NCBI GenBank assembly: GCA_041740875.1
Contig: JBGSLE010000554.1
Span: 1 to 57,913 of the forward strand
Length of the DNA stretch: 57,913 nt
DNA from: Pontiella sp.
GTDB taxonomy: Bacteria > Verrucomicrobiota > Kiritimatiellia > Kiritimatiellales > Pontiellaceae
Direction of reading: 5' to 3'
Both the position numbers and the translations under genes were made by a program. Under the pieces are notes generated by a model. That model did not search any database. It was not told the origin of the DNA and saw only the letters and a list, made by a program, of their open reading frames with translations. Positions 1 to 9,488 of the stretch are shown piece after piece (the stretch's first letter is position 1; each line of letters starts with the position of its first letter).

Positions 1-913
1 CCACGCCCGACGGCTGGTAAAACCGCGCCTCCGTCCCTGCGCCATCGGCAACGCCTACCTCGCCGCCTTTTCCCGCCAACGTCGTCACGACCCCGGCTGG
101 CGACACCTTGCGCACCGTCTGGTTTTCGAAATCGGCCACGAAGAGGTTGCCCGCCGCATCCGCGGCCAATCCGCGCGGGAAATTGAACCGCGCCTCCGCC
201 CCCGTGCCGTCCGACACCCCGGGGCCACCCGACTGCCCCGCAAACGGACTCCAAGAATAATAGACATCCACCTCCGGCGGCGGGGGAGGCGTCGCCTGCA
301 CCACCATGGCCGTAATCCCGTAGCTGTTTCCCGTTCCCGCCAAATTCGCGAAGGTAAACGCCACACTCGCCTTCGACACCGAGCCCGTCACACTGAAATA
401 GCGCGAATAGACCACATGCTTCGCCACCGAATTCCCGCTGCCGATCAAATGGGCCGCCGCGCCACCATCCTGGCGGATCGTGATGTTCTGGCCCGCCGCA
501 TTGAACGCCCCCATGAACTGGATCCGATACGCCCGCCCCGCCTCCAACCCCGACAAGGTCAGCACCGGAACACCCAACGAACAGATCCAATCCTCGAACA
601 CCCGCTGCGACATAGAATCCGTGCCCAACTCCAACAGCGGCACGGCTCCATAATAATAGTTCGTCGAGGTTTCAAACTGATTGAGGCCAAACTGCAACGA
701 ACCTCCCGTTGCCGAAAGCGTCAAGCCCCCCACCACGCTCGGCACGCCGCCGGTCAGCTCGGCCTTCGTCCACTTGGTCCATCCCGTCGGCAAGGCGGAC
801 GCCGGATCGCGCCCGTCCGTCAAATCCCAGGCCGCCGCCAGCGAGAAATCGCCCGCGCCAAACCCGGCAGAAACCAAACCAATCCATGCCGCAAGGGCCC
901 ACGACGTATTCAT
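1..913 (-). CDS. Secreted NHL-repeat (beta-propeller) protein, 3'-truncated by the window edge; not in the ORF track
   Basis: Manual translation from ATG at 913 is open to the edge: MNTSWALAAWIGLVSAG... signal-like N-terminus, ~190 aa unknown domain, TPPPPP linker, then NHL repeats (DGTGAEARFNFPRGLAADAAGNLFVADFENQTVRKVSPAGVVTTLAG...DGAGTEARFYQPSGV). Confidence 0.88.
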   Translation of the reverse strand, partial: MNTSWALAAWIGLVSAGFGAGDFSLAAAWDLTDGRDPASALPTGWTKWTKAELTGGVPSVVGGLTLSATGGSLQFGLNQFETSTNYYYGAVPLLELGTDSMSQRVFEDWICSLGVPVLTLSGLEAGRAYRIQFMGAFNAAGQNITIRQDGGAAAHLIGSGNSVAKHVVYSRYFSVTGSVSKASVAFTFANLAGTGNSYGITAMVVQATPPPPPEVDVYYSWSPFAGQSGGPGVSDGTGAEARFNFPRGLAADAAGNLFVADFENQTVRKVSPAGVVTTLAGKGGEVGVADGAGTEARFYQPSGV

Positions 914-1687
914 TCCATGCCTCGCTTTTTCCAGCGGCCGTCTGCCGATGGCGCGCCCTCGTTTTTATCGGCGCATAAAGATAAAACGTTAAAATCCAAC
1001 CGGCCTGTGCGCACGCGGTGCGTTTCCGCTGCTTGCAAAGCCCATAAAACTTCTGGATGTCCTGGCAAAGGGCGCACGGCGCGCGACTTCAACGCAGCGG
1101 TGAAATTGTCGGGTTTCACCGGGTGAATCAAGGAAAAACGAGGACGAACAATAAAACGTTTCATCTCATACTGCGCCTCTTGCCGCAGTGGCTTTGGCGG
1201 CAAAGGCGGCCGGTCCGTTTGGTAGATGAACCTGTGCTGGGGAAAACGCGGCGCTGCGTGGCTTTTTGTGGCAGCCGGCTGGTTTTTGGGCTCTGCGCAG
1301 GGTTTTACGGGGAGAGGGCTCCAGACAGGCAAGTTTTAGGCCGGATTCGCCGGATACATAGGATCCCTATCCTGTTGATCCCGTTTGCACGAAGCCACCA
1401 TATCAATCCACGTAGAACCATAATTTACCGTCTACCGTTCGTTCGGCCGAATTCAGTTTACACCGCCGGGGTTCTTTGGGATACAACCATAACGCCATTG
1501 GGAAACGCGTTATGCACGGGTGGCCTTCCGGGTTTCGGGCGCATGGAAGTCCCGCCCAGGAGGAGAAGAAGTCGTGGACGGACGCCCGTTTGTCCGTCCG
1601 TTGCAAATCAATGTCCGTTCAGTGCGAATCCATTTTAACCGATGTGTGCGAAACTGTTGTCCAACGATCCAACAAAGGGTTTTCTTC

Positions 1688-3166
1688 ATGAAGTCCATCA
1701 ACACCATGCTGGCCGCAACGGCCCTGTTCTATTGTGCAGGTTTTTCCGTCCAAGGGCGGGCGGCCGACCGCCCGAACATCGTCATCATCCTGTCCGACGA
1801 CCATGGCTACACCGACCTGGGCATCCATGGCATCGATCCGAACGTGCAGACTCCCGCCATGGACACGTTGGCGGCGAACGGGGCGTTGATGAAATATGGC
1901 TACTCCACCGCGCCGCAGTGCGTCCCTTCCCGGGCCGGCCTGATGTCCGGGCGCGTCCAGAACACCTTTGGCATGCGCGGAAACGGCGACAAGGAGGAGC
2001 CTGTTCCGCTGGATGTTCCGACCCTCGCGGAGCGCTTGCAGAAACTCGGATACCGCACCGGCTTCGTCGGTAAATGGCACCTCGGCGGCGGCCCGTATGC
2101 TCCCGGGAGCCGCGGCTTTGAGGATTACGTGGACGGCGTCTACCGCAACTACAAGGCGAACTTCGACCTCGACGGAAAGGCGATCCCCCACAAGGAGTAT
2201 GCCATCACGGAAAACCGCGTGCTGCACCAAGGCAAGGCGGCCGCCGCCTTCATTGAGAAAAACCATGGCAGCCCCTTTTTCCTCTATTTCGCCCCCTACG
2301 GCCCGCATTTGCCGCGGATCGACAAGAACGATCCCTACTACCGCAAATTTCCCAAGATCAACGATCCGCACCGCAGTCCGGAACTCAACGACGTGCGCCG
2401 CCAGGGGCTGGCTCTGGTCAAGGCGGTCGACGATGCCGTGGACCGGGTCGTGAAAAAGCTGCGCGAACACGGCCTTGAGGAAAACACCATCATCTTCTTT
2501 GCGGGCGACAACGGCGCCCAGCCGAAATATTTCGACGAAGTCAACGGCCAAGGAACCCTCGGCAAGTGGGACGGCTCCGAAAACGTCCCGCTGCGCGGGG
2601 AGAAGGGTTCGCTGTGGGAAGGTGGCATCAAGGTGCCGATGTTCGTCTACTGGAAAAACCACATTCCGCCGGGGCAGGTCGTCGCCGAGGCCGTCAGCAC
2701 CCTCGACTTTACCGCGACCGCGCTCACATTGGCCGGCGGCGAGATCCCCCCCGAATTCGATGGCGCGGACCTCCTGCCGCTCTTGACGAAGAAGACGGAC
2801 TCGCTGGTCCGCGCAAAGGATCTTTTCTGGGACTGGGGCGATGGCATCGCGCTGCAGCGCAGCGGCTGGAAAATCCATCGCTTCGGCAAGGGCATGGTGA
2901 TCTTCGACCTGCGCAAGGATCCAAACGAATTCTTCGACCTGCGGCGCGATTATCCCGAAAAAGCCAAAGAGCTGGAAACGGCCTTGATGGCGCGCCACGG
3001 CGCGCTGCCGGAAAAAGGGCAATCGCCGCTGCGAGGCTCTGGAATCGACCTGTACGTCTCCGGTGCGCCCGCCGTCCTCCCGGCCGATCCCCGCTTTACC
3101 CATCCCTACGAGGGCGGCAAACCCGCCGCCTATCCCGCTCCGTTGAAGAACCACTCAAAAAAGTAG
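1688..3166 (+). CDS. Formylglycine-dependent (S1) sulfatase, exported
   Basis: ATG at 1688 gives a signal peptide (MKSINTMLAATALFYCAG). Motifs PNIVIILSDD, CVPSRAGLMSG, GYRTGFVGKWHLG, GDNG and GEKGSLWEGG. Confidence 0.95.
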   Translation: MKSINTMLAATALFYCAGFSVQGRAADRPNIVIILSDDHGYTDLGIHGIDPNVQTPAMDTLAANGALMKYGYSTAPQCVPSRAGLMSGRVQNTFGMRGNGDKEEPVPLDVPTLAERLQKLGYRTGFVGKWHLGGGPYAPGSRGFEDYVDGVYRNYKANFDLDGKAIPHKEYAITENRVLHQGKAAAAFIEKNHGSPFFLYFAPYGPHLPRIDKNDPYYRKFPKINDPHRSPELNDVRRQGLALVKAVDDAVDRVVKKLREHGLEENTIIFFAGDNGAQPKYFDEVNGQGTLGKWDGSENVPLRGEKGSLWEGGIKVPMFVYWKNHIPPGQVVAEAVSTLDFTATALTLAGGEIPPEFDGADLLPLLTKKTDSLVRAKDLFWDWGDGIALQRSGWKIHRFGKGMVIFDLRKDPNEFFDLRRDYPEKAKELETALMARHGALPEKGQSPLRGSGIDLYVSGAPAVLPADPRFTHPYEGGKPAAYPAPLKNHSKK

Positions 3167-3180
3167 AAAAGAGGGGCAAC

Positions 3181-6045
3181 ATGCAACGAATGAAGATGGG
3201 GATGGGACTGATCGCAGCGGCATGCGCCATCGCGCTTTCGGCGCAGTCGGCGGTGCGGACGTGGGATTTTGGCGGGCGTCCCAGCCTCGTATGGAACACC
3301 GATGCCAACTGGAGCGGCGATGTGGAGCCGGTGGCGGGGGACCAGGCCTATTTTGTTCCTGTTTCCGGCTGGGACGGGCGGGTGAACATCGGCAACGCCG
3401 ACAAGACCATCGGCGCCGGGGCCAGCAGCTTCCTGGTGGATGGCGTGGCGATGAACCTGATCGATACGACGGCCGCAGGCAACCTGACGATCGACGCGGC
3501 GTCCAATGCGGACAACGCCACGTTGATGGTGACGGGCGGCGGCAGCCTGCTGGTCAGCCCCGACAATCTCATCCTGTCGTTTAAAAACAGCGCGGCGGCG
3601 GGAAGCGAATTCGGCAAGACACGCATGATGACCTCGAACGGATCGATCGATTTCCAGGGCGCCCTTGCCGCCCAGAATTCACTGACCATTTCCGCCGGCG
3701 GCGCAGCGGATTCGATTGCGTTGAAAGGGAACGTCGCGATAACGGCAGGCAAGGGGATTTGGCTGGCGGACTCCGCCGGATTCATCACGCTGGCGTCGGT
3801 TGTTAGCGGCGGTTTATTTCTGGAGATTGGAACCGATGCCACCTTGGCGTCGGGCTCGCTCATCTCCAATTCGGTGGGGCGGCTCGGCGTGACCGGAGCG
3901 GGAACGCGGCTGGTGCTGGGGCGCAACAACCCGATCGCGTGCAATCTCAACACGCTGGATACCTCCGGCCAGCCGCAAGGCTCCCGCACGCTGGATCTGG
4001 ATGTGTTCAGCAACGAAACCACCGGCACCTTGGCGCTGAACGATGCGCAGACGCTGAACATCGACTTTAGCGATTGGACGGGCAATTCGCTCGCGTTCGC
4101 CGCGTCGGCGTCGATGCCGTGGAATGCCGATGCCACGCTGAACCTGGTGGGATTCGATGCCTACACCGATTCGCTCCGGTTTGGAACCACGTCCGGCGGC
4201 CTCTCCTCGCAGCAGGTATCGCGCATTTCGGTGGATGGCCAATTCGGCAGCTATTCGCTGAACTCCAACGGCTTTTTCAACCTGTCGGCGAGCACGAATC
4301 CGCCCCCGCCGCTGGCGACGAACCGCCCGAACGTGATCATCATTTTTACAGACGACCACGGCTACACCGATCTGGGGCTGCACGGGATCGATTCCAACCT
4401 GAAGACGCCGACGCTCGATGCGCTGGCGGCGGGCGGGGCGTTGATGGTGAGTGGCTATTCGACGGCGCCGCAATGCGTTCCTTCGCGTTCCGGTATCCTG
4501 TCCGGCCGCATCCAGAATACCTTTGGAACCAACGGCAACGGGGACGATATTCCGTTTCCTCTGGCGGTTCCGACCATCGCCACCCGGCTCTCCGCCCTCG
4601 GATATAAAACGGGGATGATCGGCAAGTGGCATGTGAGTCCCCGTGCGGAAGTGACCGACGAGCAGCTGCTGCCGCACACGCGCTACGACTACGATCCGGG
4701 CCGGCGCGGCTTCGGGGATTTCTGGGATGGCGCGATGAACACCTACGACATCAACTTCGACCTGAACGGAAACACGGTGCCGGAGCAGGAAATATCGGAT
4801 GCGCGCAATCGCGTCATCGTGCATGGCGAAGCCGCGCAGGCCTTCATCGCGCGCCATCCTGCCGAACCGTTTTTCCTCTATCTGGCGATTTACGGTCCGC
4901 ATCTGCCCCGGATCAGCACCACGGACAACTACTATATAAACTTTCCTGCCGTGGATTACCCGCACTACGGCGCCGAAATGGACGATATCCGCCGAATGGG
5001 GCTGGCCCTGGTTCAGGCCATCGACGATGCCGTGGCGGGCGTCATGGCCAAGTTGCGCGAACTGGGACTGGAGGAGAACACCTTGATTCTCTTTGCGGGC
5101 GACAACGGCGCGCAACCCAAATTTTTCGATGAAGTGGGCGGAAACAATTCCCTTACGTCGTGGAATGGCAGCGAAAACGTCCCCTTGCGCGGCGAAAAGG
5201 GTTCGCTGTGGGAAGGCGGCATCAAGGTGCCGATGTTTGCCTACTGGAAAAACCACATCCCCGCCAACCAGTGGATTCCCGAATATGTCACCACGCTGGA
5301 CTTCACGGCGACGACGCTGAAGCTGGCGGGCGGATCGATTCCGCCGGAGTTCGAGGGGACGGACATCCTTCCCCGGCTAACGGGCGAAACCGATCGGATT
5401 GCCCGTGCCAAGCCGATGTTCTGGCACTGGGGCCGCGAGATCGCCATGCGCAAGGGCGACTGGAAGGTCCACCGGATCGGCAAGCGCTACCAGTTGTTCA
5501 ACCTGGCGAACGACCCGAACGAACTCTATGACTTGAAAAACCAGCTTCCCGCCAAATACACCGCCATGCAGTCGGAGATGATGGCGTGGTTCAACGCGCT
5601 GCCGCCGGAAGGACAGAGTCCGTTGGTCGATCTGGGCGACGACCTCTATGTCCTCGGCGCGCCTGCGGGAATCCTTGCGGATCCCCGCCATATCTTCCCG
5701 TACGGCGGCAGTCCGGCGCCCTATCCTTCGCCGATGGTTCTCATGGCCGACCTGTCGCACGACTCCGATTCGGACCACATGCCCGACGGCGATGAAGCCA
5801 TCGCTGGAACCGATCCCGCCGACAGCCAATCCTTTTTTGCCATCGAGCCCTCCGCCACCGGGGAGTTGCTCGTTGATGGGAAGGCCGGCCGCTCCTACAC
5901 CGTTTGGACCACGCCGCAGCTTGACCCGGCAGACTGGACGGTTGCGACCAACACCGGCGTGCTTGCCGCGAGCCAGGCCGTCCAGCTCCACTATCTTCCG
6001 GCCCAAACCTCCGGTTTCTACCGCGTGGAGGTTTCGCAGCCATGA
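3181..6045 (+). CDS. Multidomain secreted sulfatase: beta-helix-like N-terminal domain + S1 sulfatase + C-terminal DxDxD/FYRV module
   Basis: Likely start MQRMKMG at 3181 after GAGGGG (the track's 2566 start lies inside the previous gene). Gly/Asn/Thr-rich N-half, NPPPP linker, PNVIIIFTDD, CVPSRSGILSG, GKWH. Tail DSDSDHMPDGDEAIAGTDPADSQSFF...GFYRVEVSQP. Confidence 0.92.
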   Translation: MQRMKMGMGLIAAACAIALSAQSAVRTWDFGGRPSLVWNTDANWSGDVEPVAGDQAYFVPVSGWDGRVNIGNADKTIGAGASSFLVDGVAMNLIDTTAAGNLTIDAASNADNATLMVTGGGSLLVSPDNLILSFKNSAAAGSEFGKTRMMTSNGSIDFQGALAAQNSLTISAGGAADSIALKGNVAITAGKGIWLADSAGFITLASVVSGGLFLEIGTDATLASGSLISNSVGRLGVTGAGTRLVLGRNNPIACNLNTLDTSGQPQGSRTLDLDVFSNETTGTLALNDAQTLNIDFSDWTGNSLAFAASASMPWNADATLNLVGFDAYTDSLRFGTTSGGLSSQQVSRISVDGQFGSYSLNSNGFFNLSASTNPPPPLATNRPNVIIIFTDDHGYTDLGLHGIDSNLKTPTLDALAAGGALMVSGYSTAPQCVPSRSGILSGRIQNTFGTNGNGDDIPFPLAVPTIATRLSALGYKTGMIGKWHVSPRAEVTDEQLLPHTRYDYDPGRRGFGDFWDGAMNTYDINFDLNGNTVPEQEISDARNRVIVHGEAAQAFIARHPAEPFFLYLAIYGPHLPRISTTDNYYINFPAVDYPHYGAEMDDIRRMGLALVQAIDDAVAGVMAKLRELGLEENTLILFAGDNGAQPKFFDEVGGNNSLTSWNGSENVPLRGEKGSLWEGGIKVPMFAYWKNHIPANQWIPEYVTTLDFTATTLKLAGGSIPPEFEGTDILPRLTGETDRIARAKPMFWHWGREIAMRKGDWKVHRIGKRYQLFNLANDPNELYDLKNQLPAKYTAMQSEMMAWFNALPPEGQSPLVDLGDDLYVLGAPAGILADPRHIFPYGGSPAPYPSPMVLMADLSHDSDSDHMPDGDEAIAGTDPADSQSFFAIEPSATGELLVDGKAGRSYTVWTTPQLDPADWTVATNTGVLAASQAVQLHYLPAQTSGFYRVEVSQP

Positions 6046-6095
6046 CCAGGAGGGGATTAGAAAAGCGCGGTGGTTGGTGAATTTCCGATAAATCA

Positions 6096-6156
6096 AACTT
6101 TTGTGCTAATGGATTGAACTATAGTCAAGGTGGACCAGCTTGCTTTTTGGAATAAT
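6096..6156 (+). promoter_or_regulatory. Regulon motif copy 1 plus extended -10 upstream of 6312
   Basis: AACTTTTGTGCTaatggattGAACTATAGTCAAGGT (6096-6131), then TGg-AATAAT at 6151-6156. Confidence 0.75.
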
Positions 6157-6311
6157 AGCAATAGTTCGAGTTAAAGGTCTGCCCCGTTCCGTAGGAACCT
6201 AAGAGTTCATCTTTCTGATGCAGTACGGGAGCATCGGCAGGATGGCCAGGTCGGCCGAGTCAAAGTGAAGGGATGCGTATGAAAAACAGACAACACAAAA
6301 CGGAGGGAACC

Positions 6312-8099
6312 ATGAAGACACTGGGAACAATCGGTATCGCGGCATTCGCGCTGTCCATCGGAACGGCGCAGGCGGCAACCATCAGTGCCGTAGTCACCAA
6401 CGGCATCATCGATGAAAGCATAACCTGGGAGGGCAGCCCGACGATGCCGACCAGTCCGGACACCAATGTTTGGAGTTCGACCGGGGAGGGGTACAACCTG
6501 TTCTATGGCCCAACCAATGGGTCGGACAACGTCAGCACCTTCTATGGCGGCACCTTCGTCCTAGAGGCGGGCAGCACCCTGTCGCCCGGTGCGGTCGGCA
6601 ACAAAGTGAACTTCCAAAACTTCACCTTCAACGGCGGTCGGCTGCAGAACAGCCGGAACACGGACATCGCCGTGGGGTTCAGCGGCAGCAACGTTGTGGT
6701 CGCCACCAATAGCGTGATCCGATCCACCGCCAACAACCGCCACATTTCCATTTCCAACGCCGTCTGGTCGGGCTCTGCCGACCTCTACTTTGAGACGGTT
6801 GACGCCGGATCCGACGGTTTAGCCAAGCTGAATCTTCATCCAAACAACAATCTGGACAACTATTCCGGCACGATCCATGTGAGCGGTGTTCCCACGGTCA
6901 AGGCCGCCTTGAACGTGACGGCCCCTACCGTAGGTAGCTTCGGTCTCGACGTCGGGAACGGCGGCTTGTTCACCATCGGCGCCACCTCCAATTTCTTCTC
7001 CACGCTGGTGCTGGGCGGCGAGGCGATCGCCGAGGGCACCTACTCGTTCGGGGTTTTCACGAGCTACCAGCGGCAGTTTCTTGGCGCGGGCAACGGCATC
7101 GTCTATGTGGGCAGCACCACCAACCCGCTGCCAGCGTCCATCTTTAACTGGGCCGTCGTGGACGGCCCAGTGAACGCAGGCGCCACTTGGAATTCCGGCG
7201 CAGCGCCGGTGGTGGATGACACGGCCACGTGGTCAAGCGGCGGCTTCGCGCTGACCTTCAGCAACGCGACGTTCAATGGCCACACCTTTGAGCTGGTGGC
7301 CGGCTCCACCTTGGCACCCGCTGTCGCGGGTAACGATCCGTTCTTTCGGAATTTCACGTTCGATGGCGGAACCCTGCTGAACAACAAAAACACGTTGGTT
7401 GATGTCGGCTTTGGCGGCAGCAACGTGGTGGTGACGGCCAACGGCGGTAAATTCTCAAGCAACGGCAATGGAAGAGCCATTAGGCTATTGAATGGCATCC
7501 TTTCCGGCGATGGCGACTTGTCGGCCTCCTACACTGCCAACACGGGTACGGCTAACTTCCGCTTTAACAGCGACTTTTCCATGACCAACTATACCGGGAC
7601 GATTCTTGTGACGACCGGAAACACCAACGCCCATGGACGGCTCTCCATCCAGACCGTTACGGACGGCTCGTTCGGCATCAGCCTTGCCAACGACGGTTCG
7701 CAGCTCCTGTTCGAGGGCTACACCAACACCTACGCGTCGGTCGCCTTCGGCACAAACTCGCTCGCCCCGGGTAGCTACACCAGCGCCGCCCTCATCGGTT
7801 TGGGTTATGCGACCTACCTCTCCGGCACTCCCGGCCTGATCACCGTGGTCGACAACACGCCCCCAACTCCCGAGCCTGATCCGGCCGTGCTCTTCATCGC
7901 CTCCGGCGCGGGCATGGTCACGCTCAGCACGACCAACCTGAGCGACCACGCCGGCGTGACGAACTACCTCCAGTACAAGAACGACCTGGTGTTCGATACC
8001 GCCTGGAGCAACCTCTCCGCAGTGACCGGTGTGACGGCCACCAACTGGGTGGTCACGCCCGCCGCCAAAACCTACTACCGGATCGAATCGACCTACTAA
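6312..8099 (+). CDS. Secreted protein with two tandem copies of an uncharacterised beta-helix-like module and a C-terminal YYRI segment
   Basis: GGAGGG RBS, signal peptide MKTLGTIGIAAFALSIGTAQA. Internal duplication (FYGGTFVLEAGSTLSPG...FQNFTFNGG vs FNGHTFELVAGSTLAPA...FRNFTFDGG). Pro linker TPPTPEPDP; ends KTYYRIESTY. Confidence 0.88.
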   Translation: MKTLGTIGIAAFALSIGTAQAATISAVVTNGIIDESITWEGSPTMPTSPDTNVWSSTGEGYNLFYGPTNGSDNVSTFYGGTFVLEAGSTLSPGAVGNKVNFQNFTFNGGRLQNSRNTDIAVGFSGSNVVVATNSVIRSTANNRHISISNAVWSGSADLYFETVDAGSDGLAKLNLHPNNNLDNYSGTIHVSGVPTVKAALNVTAPTVGSFGLDVGNGGLFTIGATSNFFSTLVLGGEAIAEGTYSFGVFTSYQRQFLGAGNGIVYVGSTTNPLPASIFNWAVVDGPVNAGATWNSGAAPVVDDTATWSSGGFALTFSNATFNGHTFELVAGSTLAPAVAGNDPFFRNFTFDGGTLLNNKNTLVDVGFGGSNVVVTANGGKFSSNGNGRAIRLLNGILSGDGDLSASYTANTGTANFRFNSDFSMTNYTGTILVTTGNTNAHGRLSIQTVTDGSFGISLANDGSQLLFEGYTNTYASVAFGTNSLAPGSYTSAALIGLGYATYLSGTPGLITVVDNTPPTPEPDPAVLFIASGAGMVTLSTTNLSDHAGVTNYLQYKNDLVFDTAWSNLSAVTGVTATNWVVTPAAKTYYRIESTY

Positions 8100-8164
8100 G
8101 GTTCGATGTGGGGCGTCCCGAACCTTCGGGAGGCCTCACGCGATTGCGGCAACAACGCAGATGC

Positions 8165-8198
8165 GAAAGCGCTTCCTCACGGGAGCGCTTTCCGTTTC
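8165..8198 (+). terminator. Hairpin, probable intrinsic terminator or stabiliser after 6312..8099
   Basis: GAAAGCGCTTCC-tcac-GGGAGCGCTTTC followed by CGTTTC. A second hairpin lies at ~8108-8139. Confidence 0.5.
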
Positions 8199-8279
8199 AT
8201 CGGATCGCGTTTGCGCCGCTGATGTTTCTGTCGCGATTCCGCATATACATACCCCGGTCGGAAAACCTATGGTTTAACC

Positions 8280-9458
8280 ATGTGCTTAAAACCAGCAATC
8301 GTCGGGACGCGGCTGCTCTGCGCGGGTGTTGTGGCCAGTGCGACCCTGCTTTTTCCTGCTCACGGCGGACTTTCGACCACGGCGTACTACGCGGCGTGGA
8401 TGCAGGACCATCTGCCGGCGGGCCAGGTGGATTTCAGCGCACTGACGCAGATCATCCATTTTGCCGTGGTTCCGAACCGTGATGGAACGCTGGACAGCGA
8501 AATCAACCTCGTCACCCAGGGCCATTCCACCGATTTGGTTGCCGGAGCTCGCGCCGCAGGGACGAAGGTGCTCATTTCCATCGGCGGAGGAGAGAGTGCC
8601 GCCGGATTTCGTGGGGCTTGCAGTTCGGCAAACCTCTCCAATTTCATTAGCAACATTGTTACGTTTACCCGTAGCCGTGGCTATGATGGGGTGGACCTCG
8701 ACTGGGAGCCGCTGGCGGCGGAGGATGCCGCCCAATACACGGATCTGGTCAATGGATTGCGATCGGCTTTGGATGCGTATTCGCCGCGACCCCTGCTGAC
8801 GGCGGCCGTAGCCTCCCAGGCGGAGCTACTGGCCGGCCTGCAACACCAGTTCGACCAAATCAGCCTGATGAACTATGACTTGTCGGGGCCGTGGGAGGGA
8901 TGGGTGACATGGTTCAATTCCCCGCTCTTCGACGGCGGCTACCGCTTCTTGAGCACGGGAGCCTTGGTGCCGTCCACCGAAGGGATGGTCGGCAACTTTA
9001 TCGCTGCCGGTGTGTCGCCGCAAAAAATGGCGATCGGAATAGATTTTTACGGCCGCGTCTGGAGCGGCGGAACCGGCACGACCTCCGGGGGCGTGTCGCT
9101 GCCCCGCCAGAGGTGGACCACCGCGCCAAGCATGGCCTACACGCCATACCATGTCATCATGGCGGATTACTATCAGCCGCAGCGCCATGCCTGGGATGAA
9201 CCGGCGCAGGCCGCTTATTTGAGCATCGACCATGCCGGGGCGGCGAACGACAAATTCATTTCCTACGACGACCCCGCCACCTGCCGGGCCAAGGTGCAAT
9301 ACGCCATGCGGCGGGGCCTGGGAGGTGTCATGATCTTCGAACTGGGTGGTGGCTATCGGCCCGACCAGCCCGAGGGCCTGCGCGATCCCTTATTGCAAGC
9401 CGTCAAAAAAGCGGTTAGCGAAACCTCCCGGATCACCGATATCCCAACCAAGCCATAA
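8280..9458 (+). CDS. Glycoside hydrolase family 18 (chitinase-like)
   Basis: KVLISIGG and GYDGVDLDWE (intact DxxDxDxE), LMNYD, FISYDD, GLGGVMIFE; hydrophobic N-terminus. Confidence 0.93.
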   Translation: MCLKPAIVGTRLLCAGVVASATLLFPAHGGLSTTAYYAAWMQDHLPAGQVDFSALTQIIHFAVVPNRDGTLDSEINLVTQGHSTDLVAGARAAGTKVLISIGGGESAAGFRGACSSANLSNFISNIVTFTRSRGYDGVDLDWEPLAAEDAAQYTDLVNGLRSALDAYSPRPLLTAAVASQAELLAGLQHQFDQISLMNYDLSGPWEGWVTWFNSPLFDGGYRFLSTGALVPSTEGMVGNFIAAGVSPQKMAIGIDFYGRVWSGGTGTTSGGVSLPRQRWTTAPSMAYTPYHVIMADYYQPQRHAWDEPAQAAYLSIDHAGAANDKFISYDDPATCRAKVQYAMRRGLGGVMIFELGGGYRPDQPEGLRDPLLQAVKKAVSETSRITDIPTKP

Positions 9459-9488
9459 GCAGCTGCTACATCGCGGTTCAGTATCGGT

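Noticed and set aside
1390-1680. Possible seventh regulon site upstream of 1688 (GAACCATAATTTACCG near 1415; GTGTGCGAAACTGTTG near 1644)
   Set aside because: Each matches only one half-site; the 21-bp spacing and the GAAGG end are missing.
914-1687. ORFs 416..1126+, 1057..1638+ and 910..1332- in or near the divergent intergenic region
   Set aside because: Arg/Pro-rich translations without motifs that overlap the real NHL gene or promoter DNA.
2566-3180. Track's 1159-aa ORF start overlapping the first sulfatase
   Set aside because: The extension is an off-frame read-through of the upstream gene. An RBS and signal peptide appear only at 3181/3190.
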